Positions 18,813 through 29,280 of a stretch of 64,000 nucleotides of DNA are shown here, one piece after another. The DNA lies in sequence record OZ413489.1; one strand, written 5' to 3'. Below the pieces are notes generated by a model, which saw only the letters and a program-made list of their open reading frames with translations, was not told the origin of the DNA and made no database searches. The stretch comes from a phage. Position 1 is the stretch's first letter. Every line of letters starts with the position of its first letter. A program made the position numbers and the translations under genes.

Positions 18813-19529
18813 ATGGCTACGCTTTATAGTGATATATTGATGGACCCACAGACAGGCGATTTGGCGATAGACAAAGGTCTTGAGTTGATAGATTCAAACC
18901 AGGTAAGTCTGCGCCAGCGCTTGTGGATGAGGTTTAATACGTGGAAGGGGAGCTGGTACTTTGACGAACTGTTTGGCTTCCCTTATATGGACTTTCTCAG
19001 TAAGAAGGTCATGAAGACTGTTCTTGATAACAAGATCATGGAAGTGGCAAGACAAGAGCCGGATGTGCTAAACATCATAAACTTCCAGTCTACCATGGAC
19101 CGAAGATCGAGAACATACCAAGCGTTCTTTGAGGTTGTTACCAAAGAGAACGAGATTGTAAGGCTGGCTTTCGTAGGTCTTGATCAGTTCACCTACCCAC
19201 AACCTGATTCTGGGACAACCTCTCTCTGTGATGATGAGGGTTGGATTAAGTGGGCTAATAAACTGTACTATCTGATCAACTTCAGATTGCCTAGAACAGG
19301 AGATGCCACATGGTGGAACCAGTATGCTGGCCCTGAGATGGAAAATCCGATCCCTGTAGGCTCTCTGTTGACTCAGGATAAAGATCTGCTGATGACTGAG
19401 GCAGAACAAACCATTAACCGCAATACCTGGACGCTTGCTCCAGATGAGCGCGAATACTCTGGTGTTATTGCTACCTCCAATGATGAGGCTATTGCCAACC
19501 AGTCTGGTCGTGCTATTGATGTTAACTAA
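18813..19529 (+). CDS. baseplate wedge protein (W/gp25-like, tentative)
   Basis: 238 aa; GAGGG RBS; N-terminal pattern resembling gp25-like wedge proteins (recollection). Confidence 0.35.
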   Translation: MATLYSDILMDPQTGDLAIDKGLELIDSNQVSLRQRLWMRFNTWKGSWYFDELFGFPYMDFLSKKVMKTVLDNKIMEVARQEPDVLNIINFQSTMDRRSRTYQAFFEVVTKENEIVRLAFVGLDQFTYPQPDSGTTSLCDDEGWIKWANKLYYLINFRLPRTGDATWWNQYAGPEMENPIPVGSLLTQDKDLLMTEAEQTINRNTWTLAPDEREYSGVIATSNDEAIANQSGRAIDVN

Positions 19530-19538
19530 GGAGAAATC

Positions 19539-20207
19539 ATGGCTGTAGCTTATCCTACAATACCAATTCCAGATCTTGAAGATGCAGAAACAGTCCTGAG
19601 TGATGACTTCTTGGTTGTCAACCAGACTGATGGGACAAGAAAGGCTAAGATTGATGATGTTGTCAACGATCTCAGCATTACTAAAATAGTCTATTTCACA
19701 GAGGGTGGTTATCTTAAGAGCAAGAAGGACTTTGCTTATGATCCAGAAACTAAGCGCTACTACACGTGGAACGGGGATTATCCTAAAATAATCCTCCCAG
19801 ACTCCACTGTAGAGGGTGCTGGGGGTGTGTCTGCAAATGCCTGGTCTGTTTTTGGTGAGCTTGCTGCAACTTCTTCTGGCAGAATAGTTGATTACGGATC
19901 TATCGGTGGTCAGCTTGATATGGATCTTGAAGTTGCGGATACCTTTAAGGTTCGACTAACTTCAAATACCACAATCTCTTTTGAAAATCAAACAGAAGGT
20001 CTTGAAGGGGTGGCGAGAACTATAACCGTATGCATTACTCAGACCTCTGGCGGCAACAAAGTCTATTGGCCTGGTAATGTTAAATGGTCCTACGGAAGAG
20101 ATCCTATCCTAACATTTACAGCTGGTGCAACAGACATTTTCAAGTTGGAAACCTACGACAACGGGTTAACTTGGTACGGGGCACTGATTATCGCAGGAGC
20201 TATCTAA
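19539..20207 (+). CDS. tail fibre N-terminal anchor-like protein
   Basis: 222 aa; N-terminus (DDFLVVNQTDGTRKAKIDDVV) is paralogous to the N-terminus of the 1479-aa fibre (DDYLVVQQPDLTRRVKIGDVV). Confidence 0.4.
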   Translation: MAVAYPTIPIPDLEDAETVLSDDFLVVNQTDGTRKAKIDDVVNDLSITKIVYFTEGGYLKSKKDFAYDPETKRYYTWNGDYPKIILPDSTVEGAGGVSANAWSVFGELAATSSGRIVDYGSIGGQLDMDLEVADTFKVRLTSNTTISFENQTEGLEGVARTITVCITQTSGGNKVYWPGNVKWSYGRDPILTFTAGATDIFKLETYDNGLTWYGALIIAGAI

Positions 20208-20208
20208 G

Positions 20209-22806
20209 ATGCGTATTCAACATAACATTGATAACGTATTTCAGATGATTGAGGGGCACAGGAAGTGCCTCGATAACAACACAGGTATTACCAACACCCC
20301 TACACAAAATAAGCTAGTAAACCCTGATGGTCTTATAGCTGCAGGGTGGGCAGGTAATAAGATAAATAATGATTGGGCAATGCATGAGTCCCAAGCTGTG
20401 TTGATTCTGGGATACATTGAAGCATACAGGGCATCGAAAAGCGATTTCTATCTGGGTAGGGCAAAAGATGCTTGGGAAGCTTACAATAGCCATCTTCTGG
20501 GTGCATATGCAGTAGAAAGTAAAATGCAAAGATTGTCCCACTACCCCCTATCCACAGATGGGGTTCCATCACATGGTGGGTTTAAAGATGTGGTGGTGTC
20601 TTTTACCAACGGTAGAGGAAAAATCCCAGCTGGATCTCCGACATGGGGAGAATACCTTGACAAGGCATTCCAAGCGTATAACGGTGTGTTAGGAAGAAAC
20701 ACTGTAGACTCTGATGTTTACGGTGGCACAGATGCTAACCCAGATTGGACAACATCCGGATTAAGTTGGTGGGTTGAGTGGTACATAGCATGGGATGGTA
20801 ACCGCTATTGGGCTAACGGTAGCATAGCCGACAGTGGTCATACGTCTGTAGAGTTCGGCACAATCCAATTACAAGATAAGGGTGTTACAGGCAGCCACAA
20901 GGTGACCTATTGTGTAAGATTACCTCAAGAGCAGGGCGGATCGGTGATACCTGCAGGATCCCCTGTAATTGTAAATCCTATAAACGTGGTTGCAGATAAT
21001 CAGGCCCCAGAGTTGGACGGGGAAGAAATGTGGTGTGACGCTTGTTATCAACTCTACACCTTGACAGGTGAGGAAAAGTATTACACCGCGTTTAAACAGT
21101 CTTACAACAAATTGCTTAATTTCAGTGATATAAACGCCTACGACAAACTGTTTAGGAAGACCACGTTGATTAAGGCACCGTTTACAGATGGTACTTGCCT
21201 TGTTGCAGGAACAGTTCCTGCCATGAGCAGGGACAGTGACGGGTATATCAATTTTAGAATGAACGCACGCCAGCCTTGCGAAATAATTCAAAAAGGGACT
21301 ACATACAAAATAGGCAGAGATGCTGAAATTGTTATGAATTTCGGAGGAGAAGGGGTTCTGTTCCAGCCACATTTCATCCTTAATGATGGCAACAATAACA
21401 AAAAACAGTACAGGATAGGGGTTCCTTTTGGAGGGGCAGAGGTAACAGAAATAGTTGCCAAGGTTACTGATTTCGTAGAGGTAGTTGGTAAAGACGGTAA
21501 TCCGTATCTCTTACCTAAAGAGGAAAACATTGTCGTAAGCGGTGGCGCTAGTGTTAGTATGCAGTATGATACCGACATTTACAACCACTCTGACAACTTC
21601 ACCCGTTGTAATATAGCAAGAGGTAAAGTAACTTTCAATTTTGGGAGAGAGATTTCTTTAAACTCAGTAACTTATCGATCAGATGATGAGATGGTAAGGG
21701 TCAAATTTCTTGACAAAGATAGGTGGTTATGGTATGCTGATCTATATGCCACTAATGGACAATGGATAACAGAAACTCTTACTCTAGGAGATTTCAAACT
21801 AGATCCGACACAACCTCATCACACCGAAGAAGAGATTAAACCTTTCTTTGCTAATCCTAAGGGGCTCACCTCTGTAGATTTCAGCCTAAGCGACAGGCAG
21901 ATAGGTAATGGCTTGTTTGATCTGTACTGCGTAAACACGCTGCCGCAGTTCTATATTGCAGATAGGGATGCTTATCTAATATGGTTTAGCGTATGGATGG
22001 CAAGCAAGACAGAATCAACCGCTAAGGTTGGTGATTGCTATGTCAGAAACTACAAGCAAGGTGCATACAGGCACACACCAGGTGTGTTCCCTGCCGGAAA
22101 GGTGATAGATAAGGAAAACTATCTCTTAGAGGAAAAGCCAAATTGGCCCTACCCTGGCATGCAATACCCAGCAGTATACTGCATGGGTGCAGAAAACATA
22201 GATCGCCATAGATTGTCAAATACAATAGGCTTTCTGTATGACGCTCAAGTCTGGTATAACAATACATTTAAGACAGAGGGTCCAGTTGCCTCACGTTATG
22301 TATGGCAGAGAGGTAATGAAGGGTTGACTGGTTGGTGGGAGATGGTAGATAACTCTAAGCTCCAGTCAAGATCTTTTGTTGCTGCGTGCCGCACAATATA
22401 TGAGCTCAAGAAACATAAAGAACCTGTTGATGAAAGACTGTTCCTGTTCTGCCAGAAATGGGCATGGTTCCTCAACAGATTCCAGTCATCTCATTCAGGA
22501 AATCTACCTACAGACTTTAACACCTCTGGGGGATATTCTTATCAGGACAGAGGAGACAGGATGTGGGTGGTAGGTGAATGGCTTGCAGGCTGCTGCTGGC
22601 TAGGTCTGTGCGGGTATTCAGAGACAATACCTCAAATAGACATTGTTGTAGAAGCCTGTATGAAGCTACTGCAAAAGCACCACTTCATCAATGGGGATAA
22701 TGTTTTAAACGGCTGCTGGGCAGTTTCTGATCCGGTGGGCTATCACTCTGGCGAAATCCTTCGCGGTCTGGGCCTTTATGCTCAATACCGTGGATTGTAC
22801 CTTTAA
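20209..22806 (+). CDS. large tail-associated protein, possible glycan-degrading enzyme
   Basis: 865 aa; Trp/Tyr-rich with enzyme-like composition; sits right after the fibre-anchor-like gene; function inferred only. Confidence 0.3.
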   Translation: MRIQHNIDNVFQMIEGHRKCLDNNTGITNTPTQNKLVNPDGLIAAGWAGNKINNDWAMHESQAVLILGYIEAYRASKSDFYLGRAKDAWEAYNSHLLGAYAVESKMQRLSHYPLSTDGVPSHGGFKDVVVSFTNGRGKIPAGSPTWGEYLDKAFQAYNGVLGRNTVDSDVYGGTDANPDWTTSGLSWWVEWYIAWDGNRYWANGSIADSGHTSVEFGTIQLQDKGVTGSHKVTYCVRLPQEQGGSVIPAGSPVIVNPINVVADNQAPELDGEEMWCDACYQLYTLTGEEKYYTAFKQSYNKLLNFSDINAYDKLFRKTTLIKAPFTDGTCLVAGTVPAMSRDSDGYINFRMNARQPCEIIQKGTTYKIGRDAEIVMNFGGEGVLFQPHFILNDGNNNKKQYRIGVPFGGAEVTEIVAKVTDFVEVVGKDGNPYLLPKEENIVVSGGASVSMQYDTDIYNHSDNFTRCNIARGKVTFNFGREISLNSVTYRSDDEMVRVKFLDKDRWLWYADLYATNGQWITETLTLGDFKLDPTQPHHTEEEIKPFFANPKGLTSVDFSLSDRQIGNGLFDLYCVNTLPQFYIADRDAYLIWFSVWMASKTESTAKVGDCYVRNYKQGAYRHTPGVFPAGKVIDKENYLLEEKPNWPYPGMQYPAVYCMGAENIDRHRLSNTIGFLYDAQVWYNNTFKTEGPVASRYVWQRGNEGLTGWWEMVDNSKLQSRSFVAACRTIYELKKHKEPVDERLFLFCQKWAWFLNRFQSSHSGNLPTDFNTSGGYSYQDRGDRMWVVGEWLAGCCWLGLCGYSETIPQIDIVVEACMKLLQKHHFINGDNVLNGCWAVSDPVGYHSGEILRGLGLYAQYRGLYL

Positions 22807-22810
22807 CATA

Positions 22811-22830
22811 GGGGGCTGTTTGCCCCCTTT
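22811..22830 (+). terminator. weak terminator-like hairpin
   Basis: GGGGGC-TGTT-TGCCCCC followed by only TTT. Confidence 0.3.
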
Positions 22831-22841
22831 CAGGAGAAAGA

Positions 22842-25800
22842 ATGGCTGATATTAAAGTTGTCAGAATTGAATCTCTTCCTGCCACTACCGCAGTGACAGA
22901 GGATGATTACCTGGTTGTTCAACAACCAGACCTGACCCGTCGTGTAAAAATTGGCGATGTTGTCCATGTGGATGGGACTGTTTCTCATGTAATCTCCTTT
23001 AAGGAAGGTGGTAAGTTAAACGGCCCAATGGATTTTGCCTACTTCGAAGAGGAAGACCTCTACCTGCGTTGGAAAGGCGAATTTCCACACACTGTTCCTG
23101 CACTATCTTCACCGTACGCTGATGGTGGGATTACTGACGCTGCATGGATGGTATATACAGATCCGTCCTTAAGGGAGGAGCTGGAATCTACCATTGGCGC
23201 ATCTATGATCATGACAGCCGAAGGGCAGTCTGTCCAGGATGTAATGGATGTTACTGTTCAGACAGCTAACGATGCTAAAGCACTTGCACAGCGTGTAGAT
23301 TTTGGTACGGTGCACACTGTAGGTGATGTTATTCACCTTGATAACTTTGTGGGTCCTGCAGTTATTGAAGAGGGAAGAACTACCAACTACCCTTCTGTAG
23401 CAGCTGGTGAAAAATTTCTGAACGGTGTGGTATCTCGTCGTGATACTACAACTGTTGATGGTATTTTCCGTGGCGCTACCACCGGAGCCATGTACACCAT
23501 TGCAGTAACCAACGGTGTAGCAACAACGAAAAGAATAGCACTTCGTGATGAATTTAAACGCCTAGAGGCAAACAACCCAACAAGAACAGTTATCCGTGCT
23601 GGAGATGATTTAAATACGGCAGGGTACTTGCAGCTTGATGCAACAGGCCGTTGGGGTATGTGGAACCAACAAACAGCTTCGTGGCAACCTCTTGCTATAG
23701 AGCAAGGCGGCACAGGGGCTAGAGATGCCGCTGGAGTCCGTATCAATATCGGTGCTTTCTATAAGCAACGTGCAGCCCTTGAGCCAAATTTCAATATCAA
23801 TAACTTGACTGGTAATCAGGATGGTGTATACTACCAGCCAATGACTGCTTATGCAACTGAGGCAAATGGTTACCCTGCAGGTTCTGGTGCTGGTCACTTG
23901 ATTGTTTGGCAGAACAATGCTAACGGAGGTACAGGTTGTCGTCAGGAATACTATCCATTCTCTAACGTAGATGTTTGGTATTTGAGAACCTATCAGGCCA
24001 ACACAAATCAGTGGACTGCATGGCAGCCGATGGTCAGACCTCGTAACGATGATACCTTTAGATCGCACATCGGTCTCGGGTCTAGAAATACCCCTACCTT
24101 CGGGCACCTTTACCTGTCTCAAAGCACTTCTGAGGTTAAGTTGCCATCAGGTATTCTCCATGGGGATAAATACGGCGCTGACGGTGCCCTTGAGCATGGG
24201 TATAGGATCTACTCTGAGGTAAGAAACGACAATAAGGCTTGGCTGACAATCCACCTGCACAAAGGTGCAAAAGGATCTGAAACTCATAAATATTTAGGTT
24301 TCCGCGAAGACGGCGTATTAGACTGCCCTAAATATATGCAGGTTGGGGATCTTACTGGTCAGCTGACAAACTGGGGACTTGGAGAATGGATTCGTAGTTC
24401 AGGAGCAGAAAGAGGCTTCTGGGGGTCCAAGAAAGCCGCCAAGATGGTTATCTGGGATGGTGGGATGGACGAATCCGGTAACGGCACTCTGGAATGGGGT
24501 GTTTATAACAACCGGAAGGCCAAGTGGGAACCTCTACCTCAAGCCGCAGGTGGCACTGGGGCTACAACTTTAGCAGATGCTCAGAATCTGTTCAAAGTTC
24601 CTGTAGCGGCAGGCGTAAAAGACTTCTTAATACTGCCAAGAACTGCAGGAATGGAAGATGGGAAATACTACCCAATCATCGTTAGAACAGATCCGTATTA
24701 CGCCCCTTCGACAGGTACAGATATTACCATAGTCACCAGGTCTTCATCTGGAAATGACCCTATGAACTGTGCCACCCTGCAGTGTCACTATAGAACTGGC
24801 GGCTGGACGGACAGGGGAGACTCTTTCTACGGGGTAGTAAATTTCTACCAGAATGAAAAAGCACTTCTTGGGATGATTGCTCCAACAAGGGGTAAACAAG
24901 AGTATGTTGCTTTCTATGTGGAGGCTCGTGCTTTCCCTGTCAGCATATACGCAAGTAGAAATGTTGTCGAAGTGTTTACCAGAGAGCAAGATTACCAGGT
25001 TGGGACTGTAACAGACAATCAGAATGGGGTTAAGTTCGTTGCACCTCTTCAGTCAGCAGATTTGAATCTTGCTATTCTTGGAGATAACAACACCAATACC
25101 AGACCTATTGTCGACTTCAAAGGTACTTCAGGGTTCTACACTGGGGGCGGCACACAGTGGCACTATATAGGCACTGCTGAACGCTATGCTGTGATGAGCA
25201 AAATGAATATGCCAAAAGTCGAGCTATGGGCAGACGGTCTTGACTATTTGTGCTACGGCAGTCCTAGAAAGGCGTTATTCTCTAATGCAGGATTCCAGTG
25301 TGCATCCGATGGGACAGAGGATCTGACTAACGGTACGTTTACCTCTAAATGCGGTAATGGTGCTGGTCTCAAAGGTCAGGCAGAGTTCAGATCTACTCCA
25401 GAGGCTGGTCAAGTTATTGTTCGTGATGTTGTAGGTTCTGCTCACAGATTCTACAACTTCAACAAAGATGGCACTTTCTCAGCTCCTGGTGGTTTTGTAT
25501 GCCACACAGGTGCAGACTGGAACAACCAGTTCGGGAATAACAACCCTTCTAAAATAATGGCTGGTAACGTCAACGGACCTGAAGGTTCCATGGTTGTAGC
25601 AGGGTTGTCGGTTGGTTTTTCTGGAAACTACGCTTTCCAGATGGCAGGTCGTTTAGACCAGCTGTATACTCGTTCCATAGAGCAGGGAAACCACAGAGCG
25701 TGGAACAAAGTTATTCAGCACCGTGGTCAAGGGTTGGGAACTAATGACCTTAACGACTACAAGGCAGATCGTGAAGGGATTTACCATCAAGAGGCAAATG

Positions 25801-27281
25801 CCAACGCCACAGCGGAAAGAAATTACCCACCAGGACAGCAGATGGCTGGTACGCTGATCGTTCTTAGAAACTCCGCTAACGAAGGAACAGGTTGTATCCA
25901 GATATATAAAATGTATCTTGGTGGAACATGGGAAAGGTATTACAATAACCTTGGCAGCGGAATGGCTTGGAGTCCTTGGAAGAGAACAAGCTTCCCAGAA
26001 AACACAACTGCTCCAGTTATGCCTGACTTGTGGTTGCCTTTAACCTCTAACCTAAAACCTGCATTGGGTGAAGGTGAGATGGTCTTCTCCAGACCTTCCA
26101 CAGCAACCTATTTCACTAAGCGGGGTGTTATGGCTGTTGCACAAGCAAACCAACCACGTTTTGAAAGAGATGGGTTGCTTATCGAGGGGCAAAGGACAAA
26201 CCTCATGCTCAACAGTGAGGACCCAAGCAAGTGGGGTGCACAGCAAGCGATTACTGTCGGTAGCACTGTAACAAATACTAACGGCACAAAAGGTGCAAGA
26301 TTTACAGTAAACACCGCATCCGGTGTAGAAACAACAGCGTTAAACCTTGCCACTGTTCCAGCCACTAGGGGTGCCGATGTGACAGGTGCTGAGAAATTCT
26401 GTACTGGGTCTATTATTGCAAGGGGAGGTAAAGCGAACCAGAGATTACGTGTAAGATTCGACATGTATGACGGATCCACCACAGTATTCCAAGGTGACGC
26501 TTATGTTAACCTGTCAACACTTGAAGTTAAAACAACAGGGGATGCAGCTGGGAGAATTAAAGTAAAAGCTGAGAGATGGCAAACAGCCGGACCTGCTTGG
26601 GTAAGGATTGCCGCTACGTTTGAGGCAGCGGCCTCTGACAAGAATATCGGTTGCCAGTTCCAGATTGCCCCGCCGGAGAGTTCTCAACATGCCGTAGGGG
26701 ATTGGGTTGACGTTGCAATACCTCAGTTTGAGTTGGGATCTTGTGAGTCCTCGTTTATCCCTACAGGGTCTTCACCTGTAACCAGGGCGGCAGATCTTTG
26801 TAAATTCCCAATGACGGATAACCTAGCGCCCAGACCATTCACTATCGCCGCTACGGTTGATGCCAACTGGAGAGGCTGGGGCAAAGCTCCTAACGCAGCC
26901 CCTAGGGTTATTGATACAGAGGGTCATCAATCCGGTGCTTTATTTATCATGGGGTTTGGCTCTGCAACAAATATTGCGGAGGACGGTTATCCATACTGTG
27001 ATATTGGAGGGTCAAACAGACGTGTTTACGAGATGGCTAAAGCCCGTAAATTGAAAATTGGGTTCAGGATAAAAGGGGACGGTAAAACATGCTCTTTTGC
27101 TAACGGATTGGTAAGTACGGAAACACAGTCTTCTTGGGAGTTCCTGGCAGGAGGCGCTTTCCTCCGCATTGGTGGTCAAACGGCGACAGGTGAAAGACAC
27201 CTATTTGGTCATATTAAGGACATAAGAGTTTGGAACTCTGCGTTGACAGATACTCAACTCATGATGGAGAGTGTTGAATAA
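22842..27281 (+). CDS. long tail fibre protein
   Basis: 1479 aa; fibre anchor-like N-terminus; two GGTGA motifs; duplicated about 60-aa module; C-terminal lectin/LamG-like segment (recollection). Confidence 0.5.
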   Translation: MADIKVVRIESLPATTAVTEDDYLVVQQPDLTRRVKIGDVVHVDGTVSHVISFKEGGKLNGPMDFAYFEEEDLYLRWKGEFPHTVPALSSPYADGGITDAAWMVYTDPSLREELESTIGASMIMTAEGQSVQDVMDVTVQTANDAKALAQRVDFGTVHTVGDVIHLDNFVGPAVIEEGRTTNYPSVAAGEKFLNGVVSRRDTTTVDGIFRGATTGAMYTIAVTNGVATTKRIALRDEFKRLEANNPTRTVIRAGDDLNTAGYLQLDATGRWGMWNQQTASWQPLAIEQGGTGARDAAGVRINIGAFYKQRAALEPNFNINNLTGNQDGVYYQPMTAYATEANGYPAGSGAGHLIVWQNNANGGTGCRQEYYPFSNVDVWYLRTYQANTNQWTAWQPMVRPRNDDTFRSHIGLGSRNTPTFGHLYLSQSTSEVKLPSGILHGDKYGADGALEHGYRIYSEVRNDNKAWLTIHLHKGAKGSETHKYLGFREDGVLDCPKYMQVGDLTGQLTNWGLGEWIRSSGAERGFWGSKKAAKMVIWDGGMDESGNGTLEWGVYNNRKAKWEPLPQAAGGTGATTLADAQNLFKVPVAAGVKDFLILPRTAGMEDGKYYPIIVRTDPYYAPSTGTDITIVTRSSSGNDPMNCATLQCHYRTGGWTDRGDSFYGVVNFYQNEKALLGMIAPTRGKQEYVAFYVEARAFPVSIYASRNVVEVFTREQDYQVGTVTDNQNGVKFVAPLQSADLNLAILGDNNTNTRPIVDFKGTSGFYTGGGTQWHYIGTAERYAVMSKMNMPKVELWADGLDYLCYGSPRKALFSNAGFQCASDGTEDLTNGTFTSKCGNGAGLKGQAEFRSTPEAGQVIVRDVVGSAHRFYNFNKDGTFSAPGGFVCHTGADWNNQFGNNNPSKIMAGNVNGPEGSMVVAGLSVGFSGNYAFQMAGRLDQLYTRSIEQGNHRAWNKVIQHRGQGLGTNDLNDYKADREGIYHQEANANATAERNYPPGQQMAGTLIVLRNSANEGTGCIQIYKMYLGGTWERYYNNLGSGMAWSPWKRTSFPENTTAPVMPDLWLPLTSNLKPALGEGEMVFSRPSTATYFTKRGVMAVAQANQPRFERDGLLIEGQRTNLMLNSEDPSKWGAQQAITVGSTVTNTNGTKGARFTVNTASGVETTALNLATVPATRGADVTGAEKFCTGSIIARGGKANQRLRVRFDMYDGSTTVFQGDAYVNLSTLEVKTTGDAAGRIKVKAERWQTAGPAWVRIAATFEAAASDKNIGCQFQIAPPESSQHAVGDWVDVAIPQFELGSCESSFIPTGSSPVTRAADLCKFPMTDNLAPRPFTIAATVDANWRGWGKAPNAAPRVIDTEGHQSGALFIMGFGSATNIAEDGYPYCDIGGSNRRVYEMAKARKLKIGFRIKGDGKTCSFANGLVSTETQSSWEFLAGGAFLRIGGQTATGERHLFGHIKDIRVWNSALTDTQLMMESVE

Positions 27282-27613
27282 TGAATATTTTTACCCTTGG
27301 ATTCACTGACAGGGAGGACTTTAACGGTTTCATGGATGAAATCGGCTTTTATGAGAATGAGGTGTTGCAAAACACCCTTCTTGTAGAGGTTGTCGGGTTC
27401 ATTTACACAGAGACTGGAGACACTTATGAGGCCGAAGATGAGTTTGGCAACATGGTTGTCTACCCAGTTTGCGAGAAAAGTGAATTGTTTTATGTTAACG
27501 TTCTGGCTCTAAACGGGGATGCAGAAAACATCATCTCTAAAAGCGGAAAAGTTGTAGATCCGATAAGGTTGAACATGTTCGACCCATCAGTATCCACCTT
27601 GGAAGCACTTTAA
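27281..27613 (+). CDS. small acidic protein, candidate fibre chaperone
   Basis: 110 aa; start overlaps fibre stop (TAATG). Confidence 0.3.
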   Translation: MNIFTLGFTDREDFNGFMDEIGFYENEVLQNTLLVEVVGFIYTETGDTYEAEDEFGNMVVYPVCEKSELFYVNVLALNGDAENIISKSGKVVDPIRLNMFDPSVSTLEAL

Positions 27614-27620
27614 AGTATTG

Positions 27621-27648
27621 CCCTCGCTTCGGCGGGGGTTTTTTGTTT
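27621..27648 (+). terminator. rho-independent terminator
   Basis: CCCTCGC-TTCG-GCGGGGG then TTTTTTGTTTG. Confidence 0.7.
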
Positions 27649-27651
27649 GTA

Positions 27652-27680
27652 TTGCGTATTAACTTAAAATCTGGTAAAAT
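27652..27680 (+). promoter_or_regulatory. sigma70-like promoter, TTGCGT-17-TGgTAAAAT
   Basis: -35 27652-27657, -10 27675-27680 preceded by TGG. Confidence 0.45.
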
Positions 27681-27711
27681 AACTATCATAATTGTTTAAC
27701 CTGGAGGCATA

Positions 27712-28302
27712 ATGTTTTTATGGGAAAGGCCTAGATACCTTCCAGATATTAGATTAGAGTTGCTGGCAGATATTGTCACGTTTAAAAGTCCGTTTACAGG
27801 TAAAACGCAAAAAGTAACCTATGCCACGCCTAACTGGAAAGGCACTTTGACGGTCTCCAATATCAGCGAGTCACAGTTACTAGAGCTTAAGAGCTTTGTT
27901 GATCAGGTGTATAAAGATGGGAACATCTTTCTTATTAAAACTTACGGTCACTCGGTAACAGCTAACGAGCCAATCGCCCTTGGGCCTACTGGTAACGACG
28001 ATTTTTTGAAGACTGTTGGGTGGGAGCCAAACAGAGACATAGCCAGAGCCGGGGATAAAATATCTGTCAATGATGAATTGAAAGTGGTAACAGCTCCAGT
28101 GCGTAGCGATGGTGTTGGGTCTGCTGTTATAGGCATATCTCCAAGACTTAGAAAACCTATTGCCGCAGGGGACACCATGAAGATAATAACTCAATCTCCG
28201 AAGGGTAGGTTTCATATCAGAGATATTTATAAAATTAAGCAAAAAGTCGATGCTATGCAAAAAGGTGATAATATAGTTATCAACTTCTTTGAGGATTTCT
28301 AA
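27712..28302 (+). CDS. distal tail protein (lambda M / GTA g12-like, tentative)
   Basis: 196 aa; GGAGG RBS; first of four genes ending in a J-like host specificity gene. Confidence 0.3.
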   Translation: MFLWERPRYLPDIRLELLADIVTFKSPFTGKTQKVTYATPNWKGTLTVSNISESQLLELKSFVDQVYKDGNIFLIKTYGHSVTANEPIALGPTGNDDFLKTVGWEPNRDIARAGDKISVNDELKVVTAPVRSDGVGSAVIGISPRLRKPIAAGDTMKIITQSPKGRFHIRDIYKIKQKVDAMQKGDNIVINFFEDF

Positions 28303-28303
28303 G

Positions 28304-28855
28304 ATGATCAGAGCGCCATTAGATAATTTATTTCTTGAAAAGCTGGAGCTTGATGGTGTTGAGATCTTAATTGCTGCAAAGCTGGAGCTACCGACAGGAA
28401 CTGTCAGGGTGTGCTCAGGCACTGGTGTTGTAGTAATTGAGGGGCAACATTTTATAGGGATAGGTGGATCAGCAACATTAACCGCTGTGTCTGAGAAAGA
28501 TGCCACCAACTTCGGATCTGTGGTAGCGACATTGAACGGGTTTGATCCTAAGTATGTGGGTGATCTGCTAAAGACTGAGTATTCTGGTTGTCGTGCCACG
28601 TTGTACATTACCGCTATGGAGAATGGTCTGCCTGTTACAACTAATGGCTTGTTTGACGGCCTTATAACAGATATGGCTATTCAGACAGGTGAGAATAGCG
28701 CTTTGTCCATATCCATCTCTTCCATCTTTAACAGTTGGTTAAGAGGTTTTCCTTATCGGTACACGGAGGAAAGCCACAGCTCAAGAAACGATAATGACAG
28801 ATTTTTTAAATATGTGGATCAGGTGGCGAGCCGCCCGATCATTTGGGAGGTTTAA
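28304..28855 (+). CDS. distal tail protein (lambda L / GTA g13-like, tentative)
   Basis: Track ORF 28289-28855; ATG 28304 with GAGGA RBS (183 aa); assignment by order only. Confidence 0.3.
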   Translation: MIRAPLDNLFLEKLELDGVEILIAAKLELPTGTVRVCSGTGVVVIEGQHFIGIGGSATLTAVSEKDATNFGSVVATLNGFDPKYVGDLLKTEYSGCRATLYITAMENGLPVTTNGLFDGLITDMAIQTGENSALSISISSIFNSWLRGFPYRYTEESHSSRNDNDRFFKYVDQVASRPIIWEV

Positions 28856-29280
28856 TGAGCACACACCCTCGTTTAGTGGATTGGCAAGAAAGATTGTGGA
28901 AAGTGTTTGACGAAGAGGCCACCATACCTTTTGAATGGGGATTCCACGATTGTTGCACCTTTGCAGCTAAGTGTGTTGATGCCCAATACGGAACAGATTT
29001 TCTTTCTAACTTCGAAGGAACGTATAAAACAGAGTTGGAAAGCAAAAGATGGTGCATGCTTCGTTTCAAAACCACACACCTGCCTACTATTTTTGATCTC
29101 TTTATGACTCGGCTGGATACTCCTAAACAGGTTCAGCGTGGAGATATTGTCATTTTCGAAGGTCTGAACGGGCTCACCGCTGGTGTGTTCTGGAACAACC
29201 AGATTTGGGCGAAAGGTGATAAAGGGGTCTTTATGTTCGACATGAAAGATTCTATCGTTGTTGATGTCTGGAGGTATTAA
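28855..29280 (+). CDS. NlpC/P60-like tail peptidase (tentative)
   Basis: Track ORF 28843-29280; ATG 28855 (141 aa); WGFHDCCTF and GDIVIFEG resemble phage NlpC/P60 Cys-His peptidases located before J-like genes. Confidence 0.35.
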   Translation: MSTHPRLVDWQERLWKVFDEEATIPFEWGFHDCCTFAAKCVDAQYGTDFLSNFEGTYKTELESKRWCMLRFKTTHLPTIFDLFMTRLDTPKQVQRGDIVIFEGLNGLTAGVFWNNQIWAKGDKGVFMFDMKDSIVVDVWRY

